A stretch of 64,000 nucleotides of DNA from Phoronis australis. Its lineage: Eukaryota > Animalia > Phoronida. This document shows positions 38,830 through 51,837 of the stretch, piece after piece. Each line of letters begins with the position of its first letter. Positions within the stretch are counted from its first letter, which is position 1. A program made the translations under genes and the position numbers. The notes beneath the pieces were generated by a model, which saw nothing but the letters and a program-made list of their open reading frames with translations, had not been told where the DNA came from and did no database searches. The DNA lies in assembly GCA_002633005.1 (NCBI GenBank), contig NMRA01000045.1, forward strand, positions 1,047,552 through 1,111,551, read 5' to 3'.

Positions 38830-39074
38830 CCTCGTGGCATAGTTGATTCTAGCAAAACCACCACCCTCGCGATATTGGTCCACAAACTTGTGTCAGGTCT
38901 CAGTGTTGTTGAAGTTATATGGTTTCGGAATGCACAACTCCAGATCAATCTCCATGAACTATTTGCCCACCATAGATGGAATACCCCAGTACCCCTCCCC
39001 GCGTTGCTACCTTTCTTAGTTGAAATCGTTGAACTTCTTGGCTACCTCCTGCTAGGGTCTTTTCTCCAGGTGTG

Positions 39075-39120
<46 letters not shown>

Positions 39121-40880
39121 NGTGTGTGTGTGTGTGTGTGTGTAATTTCCCCTTCGCAGGGCCATTCTTCTACTGGACAAGATGCGTTGTAGGGATTCCA
39201 CTTCACCGCACCATTTACATCTGTCGTCATATTTTTTCTCCCATAACTTCTCTTTCCAAGTGACGCATTCTTCTTTTTTCATATCAACTGTTCCATTGAG
39301 CAGCTTCTCTTCTTAGTCTTGGCGAATCTCCTTGAGTATCATATCTTGCTTCTCCATTCTCTGCCCCCTTCCATGTAATGCATCCTACAACGGAATGTGC
39401 CGACACATGTCCTTGTGACGGAGGCAGCTCACTGTTCTGTTCACTGCATTTTCGGGATTCCACTTTCTGTCTTCTTACACCTGAATATTTAATGACCTGA
39501 GAAATTGTCTGTGGGGTCTCAAATTGTACGAATCTCTCCTGCTTTTGACATTTTGAAGTTTCCAACCAACGTTCTTAGCGCAAGGATACTGATGATGTTC
39601 TACTGAATAATCCAACGGATGCGAAACTCACTGACACTCCTAGTCACTTTCTACATCCCGCTCCACAGACTTGACTGCTTTTTACGCTTTGAAGTCTCCA
39701 ACCAACGTACTTAGCGCAAGGATACTGCTGATAGTATACTGAATAATCCAACGGACGCGGAACTCACCGACACTCCTAGTCACTTTCGACATCGCTCCAT
39801 AGGCTCGTCTGTTGGGATTGGAAAGCTGTAAACAAATACAGGTCATGAGATGCTGGACAGTGCTGCGAAGGGGTAACACACAGCCTGGACCTCAATAGGA
39901 AAGTGCACTCGTAAATCTTCTCCATACTCTTCCCGAACAGGTCCACTATATGCCTCGCATTCATTATGTCACCAAGACTACCGTAGTACACCTTACCCAT
40001 ATTTTTACCCTGATATTGTAATGACTTCTCGTTCAAAGATGGAATCTCTTCATCGTTCATCCTTACGGCTCGGTGCTGATTCACTTTTCCTTTTATCTAG
40101 ACTAAGCTTCTGTATTTTAAGCTTCGTCCTACTCAAGACACTTAGCTCGTCTAGGTTCTTTATCACTTGTCCTGCTCCTACTGCCGCTGATGTGATAACC
40201 GGTAGGTCGTCAACAAATTCACGACCTGGCATTAGGCGTCTCCCTTGTAAGGAACAGGTCCTCTGCACTATTTGCTGACTAGGCGAATAATGAGATTCAT
40301 GGTACGAACGAATGAGTTGATTGAAATGGTGCACCACGATACTCTCCGTTTCTCTCAACGCTTCAAATCTGTGGTGAATTCGTTCTGTAGAGAATCGCAT
40401 CTATTGCTTTCCGTCTGTAATAATTCAGGTATACGATAACCTGTCATTGCTTTCCTAATCAATGAATGATGGAACCATATGCATTCGCCAAACCTAACCA
40501 CGCAATTGCTAAGTTCGACTTGCTTGCTTTTGCGTTCTCTATAGGTTCTGTTAGCACAGCGTTATGCTCCAGACGCCTTGATTGTCCTGCGCTGTAGAAT
40601 CGATGATTCCGATTCTCAGCAGGTATTTGATAATTCTAAAGGTTCTAATGCGAAGAAAATTTCGCAATTGACATCCAACAGGGACATTGGCCTGTGGTTT
40701 TTAATGGCCTGTGTCTATTTGATCTTGGGAATGTAACAACCCTCAGCTTTTCTTAATCATCTTGTTCCTTTCTGTTATTACAAATAATTTCTAGGCTCGA
40801 AATTCTTTATTCCTGTAGAGAAGGCTCATTAAATTGCTTGTTACTGTGCCTTAATTTCAGCCGCCAAAGCAGTATGGCCG
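38830..40880 (-). mobile_element. Degenerate HERO/NeSL-like (RLE) non-LTR retrotransposon in GC intron 3
   Basis: RPMSLLDVN (cf. FRPISLLNVEGK), EFVDDLPVIT (RT), IPSLNEKS, LWE...CKWCGEVESLQRILSS..AL..GNYT|WR (Zn knuckle), TTLRPD..LW..RVVVLLE (restriction-like endonuclease). Contains a ~136-bp internal tandem duplication (39555-39810). Confidence 0.8.
39081..39143. repeat. (TG)n microsatellite
   Basis: Directly visible, with one N. Confidence 0.97.
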
Positions 40881-41263
40881 TCAGGGAAATCCCAAGGGAT
40901 TTTTACTAACCAGTTTCAATTTAACAAAGAATGATAACCCAATGACATTGCTTTGGATGGGCGAATACGCCATTGGAAATTTTATTTTTACACTAGAAGA
41001 TTGTTTATAGCTGCTATAAACTAATGTTAACGTAAATGAGAATAGAAAATTATCCCCTTTGTTCAAATCGGTAATCAACTCGCTTTTTGTAAAAAATAGC
41101 TTTGGATTTAGACTTCCTATCGCCATATGGCTGAATTAACTTGTTGCTTATTCTGATTAGAATTGATTCTGGGCTAGGAAGCAACTCACAGTTGCTTTTT
41201 GCTAGACTCTACACTCGGCATATAAAATAACCTGCCGCGTCAAGCTATCTTATTGAACAAACC

Positions 41264-41556
41264 CAGGGGCGGATCCAGGATTTTGGGCCAGGGCACAGGA
41301 ATAACCAGAATTTCGCCATATGCGCGCATCCAGCCTAAAATGTAGGGATGTAGGGGGTCCTGAACTTTTGGGTTTGTGCACCTTATTACTAAAAAAGGGT
41401 AAACGGGGTTTGTTTAGGGCTATGCATTGTGCATCCCTCGAGCCCCTCTAGGTACGCGCATATGCTAGTCAGCAATTGGCACCCCGAACTGCCAAATGGA
41501 ATCTGGGAGAATTTTAAGGGGGCATGGCCCCCTTGCCCCCCCCCCATCCGCCACTG
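41264..41556. mobile_element. MITE family B/composite with CAG(G/T)GGCGGAT...ATCCGCCACTG ends
   Basis: CAGGGGCGGATCCAGG at 41264 and ATCCGCCACTG ending at 41556. The right part is the reverse complement of 59785-59880. Confidence 0.75.
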
Positions 41557-42195
41557 AAATCGTAATTCCCAGTTCTTCCCAAGGCCCTAAGTCACATCTC
41601 ATTAGAGTTATTAATTGTTTTGGAAAACCTGGAATCACCTCCAGCCTGACTAAGAACAATCTGAGACAATTTGACACCAATAAGTGGTCAAAAGAGAAGT
41701 TGCCTTTGTGATGAAAGGTGGTGGTTTGTAAGCGCGTGAAGACTGCTAGTCAAACTTGTAGCTGGTTGACTTCAGTTAGGCTAATGATCCTCATTCAAGC
41801 TATTACCCTGACAAAAGGTCTAATTTGACGTTAATGATGACTAGTAGAGTTATGGGAATTCTTAAAAGGGGCGTGACCACATTTGTTGGATATTCATGTT
41901 CCGAATTCGTGTTCTCTTAGAAAAATGTGAGAAGACAACAAGTTGCGATTGACCTATTTTAATACAGGCTCCTAGATACGGTCTTCCTTTTTTAGAAATG
42001 TCGACTATTTGATTGTTTAAAAATCTTTTTAAACAATGTAATATTTCATTGTAGAACTTTGAATCTGTTTGTACCTCTGACCAAGTTAAGAGTTCATTTT
42101 GTTCGTTAGTATTTTCGAGACCGCTGTTGGGCAAAAGCGGTTTTGAAAACTATCCAAACAGAAACTGCAGCGTTTTAATTCTTAGTCATGTCTGA

Positions 42196-42315
<120 letters not shown>

Positions 42316-42649
42316 TAGACATGGAAATGAGATTGAAAGAGTCTTTGTGGTGATATTTCTATGAAAGTACTTTATATAACCGCTTGTTAGTGGCCCCCTG
42401 TTTTCATGGATGTTGTTCATTCGACTTCCGATTGAGCTGTCCACCATGGCAGACGTGTTTTCAGCTCTATTTGACTGGGTCACTTTTGTTAAATTATGCC
42501 TTAAGCAAAACGCAAATTATAAACTTTGCAGCGTTTTTTCGACGGTGATGTGAGTTAGTAGGTGGCAGGTCAACGAAATTAAATTATTAACTCTACGAAT
42601 GGAGAGTATTTAAGTAGAAAAATCAACGAATCTACGCCTACGCTTAAAA

Positions 42650-45600
42650 AACAAGATCGCCACCATGAAACTGCAACTACACTACAGGAAGAATTTCACT
42701 GTAAAAGAACACGAAGATTAGCTGGAATACGTTCGTACAGATGTGCAGGAGCTCCGTGAACGTTTAAAAGCTATGAAGAAAGTCTGTACAACTATTTTAC
42801 TGTCAAAAGTTCACATAATTCCCACGCAAGTTGAACACGGTGACACGCTGGATTCAGTCATAACTAAATTCATCCTCCTGGGGGACAGAGAGAGACGATT
42901 TGGAAGGCCATGAGAAATCTTGAGCTTAGCTCAGGGGAACTGAAGAAAAAGCGGGGGAAATTGACGGTTCAAGCTTACAAAATTTGCCAGGAGAACAAGT
43001 GTATCATGACCATTCTCGAAGTAAGGCTTGGTGAAGAAATTCCCTAGACTAATGCTAGGCAGCGGGGAGATATATGTCGAATAAGAACTGACACTTTAAG
43101 CATGCGGTTGGATAGCGAAGTGCGTCGTTGTAGCAAGTTCGAATTCATTATTTTTATTTGTGTAATGTACTTGTTCTAGTTAAATTTGATTTAATTTATT
43201 TTTTCTCCTTTGACAGAAGGTTAACTGTAACATATTTATTTTCTATTTCTCTAACGTGTTTATTTACTCACGAAATCGCCTTTGCCACCAGCATTGTCTA
43301 TTAAGTTCGACTTTAAGTGAACTATTTCCGATACGCGGGACGGGGCACCGCCCTCTGCCATCACGGACGGTCATTGGGGGACTATTCAGACCACTCTTTA
43401 AGCCTACATGTGCGTCGCTCGTCGTTTCTTTCGTTTATTGGCGTGCACATTTGAAGAGGTCGTTTGTCACCGAGCAGTCAAGACTAAACTTTCTTCTTAC
43501 CTCTAATAAACTTAGTGTCTGTGTCAGTGACCAAGTTATTCAAGATAGTTATCGATCTGACCACTCTGGAGCTCTAAGGTATAACCAATGAGAATAATAG
43601 CTCATTGTGTATAACAGTCACGTAACTTACTTGGGGAAAAGGGCCGTGGATGTTCAGCAGCAGTTTGTTTGATGACGAGGGATACGTTAAGCATATTAAA
43701 AAAATAAATTCCATAAAAGACAATGTTCCCTCAGACTTACAATCAGGTACAGTGGAAAACGTGCCAAATAATAAAAACGATTTAGAATTGATGACACATT
43801 ATTCTTACATGCATTATGTATGGAGATACGAGACAAAACAATTGCTTACTCAGTGCATGGAAAGAAACTACGAGACAATACATATATTAAACGTGAAGAC
43901 GAAATATTGAATTTGGAAATAAATTTACTTTCTCCTAGTAAACCAGATTTAGAAAGTTTGGATCGCAAATCAAATGAATTATTAAATATAAGAAAAGAAA
44001 AACTTAAATGTCTAACTATTCGCTTAAAAGCAAATTGGATTCAAACAGAGAATGCCCAACAAAATACCTCAGTAATCTAGAATCTGCAATTAACTTGTTC
44101 GTAATATTGAATTATATAACGGACATGTAATGAGAGATCTGAGGCCCCCATGGAAAGCAGTGTGAACTGATGGGGCTACCCTCATTGTAAATATTACATT
44201 AATAATAATAATAAATAAAATACGATCAAAAAGAAGTAACTTAAAGAAACAGCAAGTTTTATAAACAGTTGTGCGCTAAGAAAGGCAATAACAAATTTGA
44301 TTCGAAACGAATTATTCAAAGAACATTCTTTTCCTGTCTTGTCAGACAGTGATTTTTTAAATACCGCACTCAGATTGTTCACGTGGCGGTTCACATCCTA
44401 TATGTATATACTTGCGCGTTAGGTTGCAAGTTTTCTCAAGTAAAAGAACGTTTTAAATGTAAGGATTTGTTACTTGAAAAGAGATAACAGAGATGAAAAC
44501 AACGGTAACTTTGCACTGAACTTGTAACATCTCCTGAAAATAGTTAAATAACAACAATATTAGAAATTGTAGTTACCGATGAATCGGCGCCTGAGTTGCA
44601 GACGATATAATAATTAGCAAACGAAATCTGAGACAGAGTGTCATGTAGTTAACGGTTCTGTTCCAGATCTTACGATTGAGACCTGATTGCATGTTTAGTG
44701 TTATTTACACTGCTACAATTGTATTACTTTAAACTATTTTCGGAAAGTTTGATGATCTAACTGGCTAACGACGTCAAGTCAACATTGCCCCACCCTTTGA
44801 ACTTTCCATGTCAGAGAACACTGTTGAAGTAGTGCGGGAGGTGAATACGGAAAAATATTACATGGCCGTATTTCCCTCGACAGATTCAACGCGTATGGGA
44901 TAAAAAAATGACAAATGCCCCGATTCAGATGTTTTTCAGCTAAACGTTTTTGGGATGACTCGAAATATTTTATTCTACGACATATCAGTTCAAGTTACGT
45001 CAATACTCAGAGAACTGGTGTTATAACAAGTATACCAAAACTTGATAAACTTTGAAAATTGGAGACCTTTTACCTTGCTACATGCAGTGTACGAATTAGT
45101 AGTTGGTTGCATGCCAAATATGCTAAAAAGAGTTTACGAAAGGTTGTATCAAACAAGCAAAATGGTTTTTTTAATTGCAAACACATTGGTGTTATGAACT
45201 ATGGGAAAAAACCAAAAAATCCCAGGACTCGTTCTGCAAATTGATATTCAAAAGGTTTTTGGTAGTATATCATGGAATTTCATTTACGAAGTTTTATAAT
45301 TGTTCACTCAGCGTCTAAATTTCAGACAGTTGGTTAATGCATTCTATAATAATTCAGTTAATCACGTAATTCAGAATGGTTATTTGTCTGACGCCTTTCC
45401 TCTACAAAGAGGTTTTAGACAGGGTGGTCCTCTCTCTCTCCGTATATTTTCATTCTATGTGCCGAAATCTTGTCAATTTTTAAGGACCAAGATAGAGATA
45501 TAAAGGATTTAATGGTTGACGACACTTAAATTTTATTTTAGATGAGTTCCCAGGTTCCTTGGCAAAGACAATGAAGGCACTGGGTTTCTATGCAGATATT

Positions 45601-46610
45601 ATTGCGGGATAGTAATATTATAGTGATTCTAAACCAATTGTAATTTGGATTGAAAGTAAGAAGTTTTCAAAAGAGGTCTATCGTCATAGATGCTGGAAAC
45701 TTAAATGGAGAGTTACGAAGTTTAGGCTGTTGGTAATTTTGACGTTAGTTTAGACAACATGTGAATTGCAAATTTTGATTTTAAGTTGTTTGGAAATAAA
45801 AAACAGAATACAGAATACAGACTATATGTGAACACTTACCATATTTGGTAAAGTGACGGTTGCAAAATCACTTGTCTTGTCAAAAAATATTCAATTTCTG
45901 TCTTCATTTCCAGCTTTTTAATAGAAAAAACAACTTGATTTTCAAATTTGTTTGAATTAGCAAACCAGACTTGATTAAGAGAACTAAGAATTGAAGAAGA
46001 GAATGTTAAAATGACAGACATGAAACACTTTAATCTAGTTCTCAAACTTAGACAAAGTTTGATATCGCAAAAGGTGAAATCATAAAACCTCAAGATATGT
46101 TATTGATCTATATATATGCAAGAGTTACTATCACATACATCTTTTAAGTGTAAACGATACAAGAATACGTCATTTTCAATGCAATGTGCTGCATAGGATT
46201 GTTCACGTAAGTGCTTGGTTGTTTGATATTAATTATCTTGATTCTGATTCCTGTACCGTTTGTAACAATGAACAATCGAACCCTTATTTGTACTGCGTGG
46301 TGTAACACGCTCATTATGGTGCACTATTGAGAGGCAAAGATCCGCTGCGAACTTAGTTTAAATAAAAGTGCAGTACTTTTCGGAGTCTCTTTTCGTAAAG
46401 AAAACAAGGTACTTAGTTAATTTTTATCATATACGGAATATTACATTTGCATTAAAAATTTAAAAACAATAATTTAGATTTGAATGTTCATATTAAATAT
46501 TTAGAAACTAATTGTTTTACTGAAAAGTTTCTTCTAAAACATAGTAATCCCAGATCGGTGGAACTTCTAGAACTTTGGACACCATGGGATTTTTTGCCGA
46601 GTGAAGTTTT
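42650..46610 (+). mobile_element. Near full-span but degenerate L1/Tx1-like LINE in GC intron 4
   Basis: ORF1-like coiled coil (LEYVRTDVQELRERL); endonuclease end SYRSDHS; EIRDKTIAYS..KK; KANW; TSIPK..NWRP; RGFRQGGPLS; C-terminal DSCTVCNN...LF..C. Confidence 0.8.
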
Positions 46611-47799
46611 ACTCACCCATACATGTATTCAATAGCTACTCTGGGGGCACCTCTACAGGGTAAAGGGTGTGATTTATGTACTTACACTGGTAACAGTGTT
46701 AATTTTTAACGTTGTGCGTGAGGAATAAGTATTCAAAAAATGTTCATTCAATAAGGTTTCCAAACATCAACTATAAAATTAAACACGGGTCCACACCAAA
46801 CTGCCAGAAAAAAAATACTGGAGAGTATGTACATCGCGGGCCGAAACCGTATTGGTTTCTAGAGAAATTAACACGTGACAAAATCTGATGCTTCTTAAAA
46901 CTGCAAAAAGGACATCAGTGCGAATCAGTTTAAAATGTCTATCTCTCGGTTACTTTTTACACGTGTCTACAGCGTAAACTTACCCGACCAACTAAAGCAC
47001 AGGAGGTGGGTAACTGCGTCGACGTGGTGAACGACGAGTATCATGTCGATTTGGTCGAGGACATTGTTAACGTGATCGACCAGCAGGTCGTTGCTGTAAA
47101 TGCTGCTTTCAAAATTGACAAGTCCTGTGAAATGGTTAATGCTTGCCATTAAATTCTCTGTTGACGTCATAACAACTAGGCATTCCAGTTGTTGGAAGCT
47201 TTACAGAGGTGATAGCACCAGAACCGTTTATTTTAAAAGACTTATTTCGCACAATTTCAAATGTAATTCTTGGTTTTCTTTGATTAGGCCAATTCGTGAG
47301 CTGTTTTTAGAGGACATTTTCGTAACTCACATGTTTTTATTTCAAATGTAGGCCTAAGCGAATTTAGCATTGCTGGCTGCCTGTACAATGTACAAGAGTC
47401 AACAGATATAATGTCTCCGTCAAAATTAATTCTGTCAGTTATGGCAATGCATTTAACAATTAGATAAGTAGTGATAGACATCTAATTACACTGAACAATA
47501 AACAGGAAATTAGAAATGCGTGTCGTGTAACGGAGGATGTTGTAGAAATTCGCAGGTTGCGTTTATAGAAACAGCACAAATGAAATCAGTTGAAAAATCA
47601 ATAGATTTGCAAAGATGATGTTGTTAAGCTTCAAATTTAAATTTTCTGCAATTATCAATAAAGCTAACCGTATAATATTGCCAATATCTATCTAGCGTTC
47701 GCCATGTTCACCATAGCGAGGACGTGTTTCCGGAAACTTCTTAACTTAAGCCCATGTCTAAAAATTAGGTCCTGATATGAAATCTTATATTTAGAATAT

Positions 47800-48400
47800 T
47801 CAGCTGTTTCGAAGACAGATTTGTAACTGAGTTTGGGATGACCGTGATTTAAATATGGATAGAATAGACTTCATCAAAAGACTTTACTCTTGTAGTAATG
47901 AGTGCAAGTTCTATAGGATTAAGTGAGACTTGGATATAACTGATAATGTAATGACAACTAGGGAGATACTAGGAGTAAGTAGTGTATCTGATTCCCAATT
48001 AAAGCATGACAAGAAATACTAAACTTCACTATACTTCCATGGAAACGGAATAACGCAAAAACGCATCTTTTAATAAAAACTTCAGTACTTTTGATTAATA
48101 GAAACACGATTCGAAAGATTGCATTGCACATGTAAGTGCTCTTAGAGAAGGAAATAAATCGCAATATTGTTTTTTTAGTTTGTCACTCATGTTAAAAGAA
48201 GTGCAGTTTTGGTCTTCAAAAATTGTATACACGTTTTCAATGACTGTGTTTGCAATGAATTCAAGTCTGCGTTTAATGAAAATAAAATCTCGGTAAACAT
48301 GCATAACACGTAAACAACCAGATTTGCGAAATACTTTTGAAATAATAATATTCACTTGCGTAGTTTTACGTCACTTTAGAGTCCCAATGCTGTGACTTTT
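47800..48400 (-). mobile_element. 3' remnant of a CR1/L2-group LINE, tentative
   Basis: KFSISCHAL resembles the K(F/L)RISSH.L.IE.GR tail motif; otherwise degenerate. Confidence 0.3.
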
Positions 48401-48937
48401 AATACAAGTAACAATTTTGGTCATTACCGCATTATTAAAGGCTTAGCTCATAATTTTAAATTGCCGCCGTTCTTAACGATACGGGCATTAGGGAATAACA
48501 TGCACTTTCGCTGACAGGGTACAACGCACTTGGATGTGTTTGATGTTGGCACTTTGTTGCAATTGATAAATACTTGATGAGAAAGTGTTTGCCTGAAGAG
48601 ATGGCAACTGAACACATTTTAAATTTCATGCTGTCAGTCAAAAGACGTCAGAAAAATAAGAATTCAAGTGTAATTCGCTTCGAAAATTGAGGCGACTTTC
48701 AAACTTTAAAAATCAATCTAATTTTCCCAAATACAATAGTTAATCCATTTATTTCGTGAAATCAGTACATGTGTCACCCTCAACGCGCATTAGAACACGC
48801 GCGCAAGGTACAGCAGGAAGTACTGAGACGGGAGTCGGAGTCGTTCGGAAAAAACCGGCAGGGTCCGACATGTCGCGTGAACAAACAATGAATTCTGATT
48901 TCCTGCTCCGTTCTTAGGCAAGAGATGAACGGGAAAC

Positions 48938-49394
48938 CTGCCTCCCGTTCAGTAACGCTAGAACCTCTCGGCACATACTGAGCCACAACACCACGTTCCT
49001 TACAATATCTCTTTTTATCACTCCGGCTGGTCTGCTCACTCAGCTTGTCCGGAACCTGCTTTGCAGGTTGTTATAGCCCAGTTGGCTGTTTGGTGTACCC
49101 ACTTGGTACTTTATATGATATTTGCCCATTTGGCAGTTTGTACCCACTTGGTACTTGTTATTGAATTTGCCGCTTTGCTCGACCCAGTTGGTAGGCAATC
49201 GGCCAATACCCATTTGGTATTATGTACCCATTTGGTACTATGCTAACCNCAGTAACGCTAGAACCTCGCTAAAAAGCAAGACTTCACGAGATTACGTGAG
49301 ATATTGCCGTGTATTTTAAATACGAACACGTGACTTTGACTAGATTTTAGCTAGGTCCTAGCGTAGGTCCTAGCGTCTACTGAACGCACGCCTG
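48938..49394 (-). mobile_element. MITE family A copy (49250-49394) with a duplicated end at 48938-48968 and intervening GTACC-n5-GGTAC repeats
   Basis: Reverse complement of 61345-61502; cagtaacgctagaacctc is present twice, either side of an N at 49249. Confidence 0.75.
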
Positions 49395-49959
49395 CCTTCA
49401 TTATGCACACAACCTAACTATGTTTTCCGTTCGACCAAAGAAATCGGAAAACCGCGGCTGGAGCCTTTATGAGTATTACCGCGCACATTCGTCTCTTGCG
49501 TTTTGACATAGTTCCAGATGTCTCAGTTTCTCATTTTCGAATGTTGGTATTTATGCGTCGCTTCTTCAGGCCAGCACTTTCACACCGCCGCATAAATGTA
49601 CGACGTTCCGTTGTGGTGACGAATTCGTTTCCCATTTGGCTACCTATTTGGGAATATTGTGACGTCTCATTTGGTGAGTTGACGTTATGCTAAGCGTCGA
49701 GCCGTAGGTGGTAAATTTTCACTTGACAAGTTTTCCTTTGGAAACAAAGAGTGCCAAAAGCTGTCAAGACATTAGTCAAGATTCTAAACCAGAGATGCGC
49801 TCATTCTGTGAGTGTCGTGAAAGTGACGTTCCAGTTACCTAAATCTTTGGAGCAGACTATCACTTTCTTACGTCGGTTGCATAGAATGCGCTGGTATAGC
49901 CGCTTTTATGTCTCCATTTGTTACAGAAAACGCAATGTGCAAGCTTTGTCCTAATGCTG

Positions 49960-51450
49960 TTGCAGTATGGTGTCTGTCGTATGCCTGCTTCATGACACAT
50001 TGCCAAAGGAACACCTTGCTACTAGATGAGAATTCCCGCTACACTTTTGACTGATTAACTTTTGTCACTATATACGAGCAATAACAACCTGCTAGTTGCG
50101 TCTGCGCACTCGTTCAATAGTTGAAATTCGTTGCAATCTTCATAGAACTTTCAAGAAAAACGTTTTTGAACAGGTGAAAGTTTGTACCTAAGATTTTCTT
50201 TGTCATTTATAAAGTTCATTTCGGCAAAGAGGAACTACAACAAAATATTTGACCAATGCATAGTTGATTTAACTCTACCAACATTGTCGCAATACTGGAA
50301 CGCTACTTGGACCAGCATTAACGACTTGCAAATTTCTTTGGTATTGTAATAATTATACAGTGAAGTGGAAATTCTGACGTGCATGTACCAGCATTGTGCC
50401 CTTAGACATGGTATTTCTTATAGGGATTTAAAAGTTTTTTTATGAAAACAAGGAGGCAGCATCCACGACATTGCAACAGAGATAAAGTAAGGCTATGCAT
50501 ATGTTACAGGTAGTAATTCGGTAACGCCATGCATTCTGTGGCATCAGCAGAAATCGCTGGTTCAACATTGCTACTCAACAAAAATTAAGGATATGGGACA
50601 AGAAATTTAGTTTAAAAATCCACCATGAACCGTGTTAGGTGCTAAAACATGTCGATACTTTTTCACAGACGTGTTTGCTCTTCGATGAGCAATGGCACTG
50701 GGTGCCAAAATCGCTCGGAACTCCCCCTAACGGGTAAGCTGCCTTATCGGCGACTGACACTCACCCACCTGGTCTGAAACAATAACGATCTTTCAATTTT
50801 AACCAAGAAAGAAATCATTTGTTATCTGATTAAGAAACAAGGTGGACCCCATTTTATGGCAGTAAGTGGTCTCAATCGAAAGTTATTTTCGATAGGAGGC
50901 GTAGGTTTACTGCCCCTGTAAAGGGACTATAAATCTGCCTTCGATTGCACAAATCAAATTCTGATTTAGACGACTTACCGTTATGAAATTGATCCCCATT
51001 ATCGAATCTGAGGCGATTTCAGGGGCTTCGGGAGAAACGACAATTGGTTGTAATTGCTCGTTACTAACCCTTCAAGTTAGCTTGTCACGTTGTGTCATTT
51101 CATGCGCCGAAGATGGTTTCCAAGAATAAAAAACAGTCAGTTCCAGACATAAAATCACTTTTCAGCTGGCTAAGGAACAAATGTAGCGATAAGAGTGGTC
51201 TAATTCAAAAGTTTCCTACTTGGACGGAACGCGGGTTTATAACGAGATAATCATTTGAAAGAACAAGACAGAAGTTTTCGATGAGATTCAAGTTGGAATT
51301 TTTCCCATCCTCGCCGCGTGATAAACTGTCAGTGGTTTCAACTTGTTGATGTCATGGCCAGGATGATATCTTGCTCTGCCGTTCATGAAGACTACCTCAA
51401 GCACCGTAAGCCAGAACAGATAGTGAAATCATTCACTTATCTCTTGAAGT
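49960..51450 (+). mobile_element. Degenerate Academ-like transposase remnant, tentative
   Basis: HGISY (~50408) and PTW..GF (~51215) resemble the GHGISY and P.W.GF motifs; no intact frame. Confidence 0.3.
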
Positions 51451-51530
51451 CAAGGTATTCTAAACTAATCTATTTCACAAGCTCAGGCTGAAATCGTGCT
51501 CTGAGTTTGAAGACGAGGTAATATAAACAT

Positions 51531-51837
51531 AGGCGGATGGCGGATTTAGGGGGGGGGGGGGGTAGGTGGACCACCCCCCCCTCGTGGGCTTCCGGAAAAT
51601 AATAAAACAGCCAGAGCGTGAAGGCATATCGAGTTCATTAACTAACCCAGGTAATTAACATGAAACAAGACTTAACAAAATGTGCAGTTTCAGTTCGGTG
51701 TCCCGATTTTTTTTTAATCGTGAACATCCTCAGAAATTCGACCCCCCCTATATTTTAGGCCCGCGCAATCGTGCTTTCCGCGTTTCCCTGAGGCAAGTTG
51801 TTGCCCCCTCCCTTATGATATCCTAGATCCGCCACTG
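51531..51837. mobile_element. MITE with GGCGGAT...ATCCGCCACTG ends (family B-related)
   Basis: tggcggatttagggggg at the left end and cctagatccgccactg at the right end. Confidence 0.7.

Noticed and set aside
46659-46695. cag|GGTAAAGGG (GKG...TY) resembling the last cyclase exon
   Set aside because: Lies upstream of the exon that must precede it, lacks M.TYWL in frame and has a weak polypyrimidine tract.
46960-47480. Possible LINE endonuclease/linker remnant on the minus strand
   Set aside because: Only a vague resemblance (DLLVDHVNNVLD); not diagnostic.
49095-49240. Spaced palindromic repeats superficially like a CRISPR array
   Set aside because: Units are only 15 bp, spacing is irregular, there are no cas genes and the context is eukaryotic.
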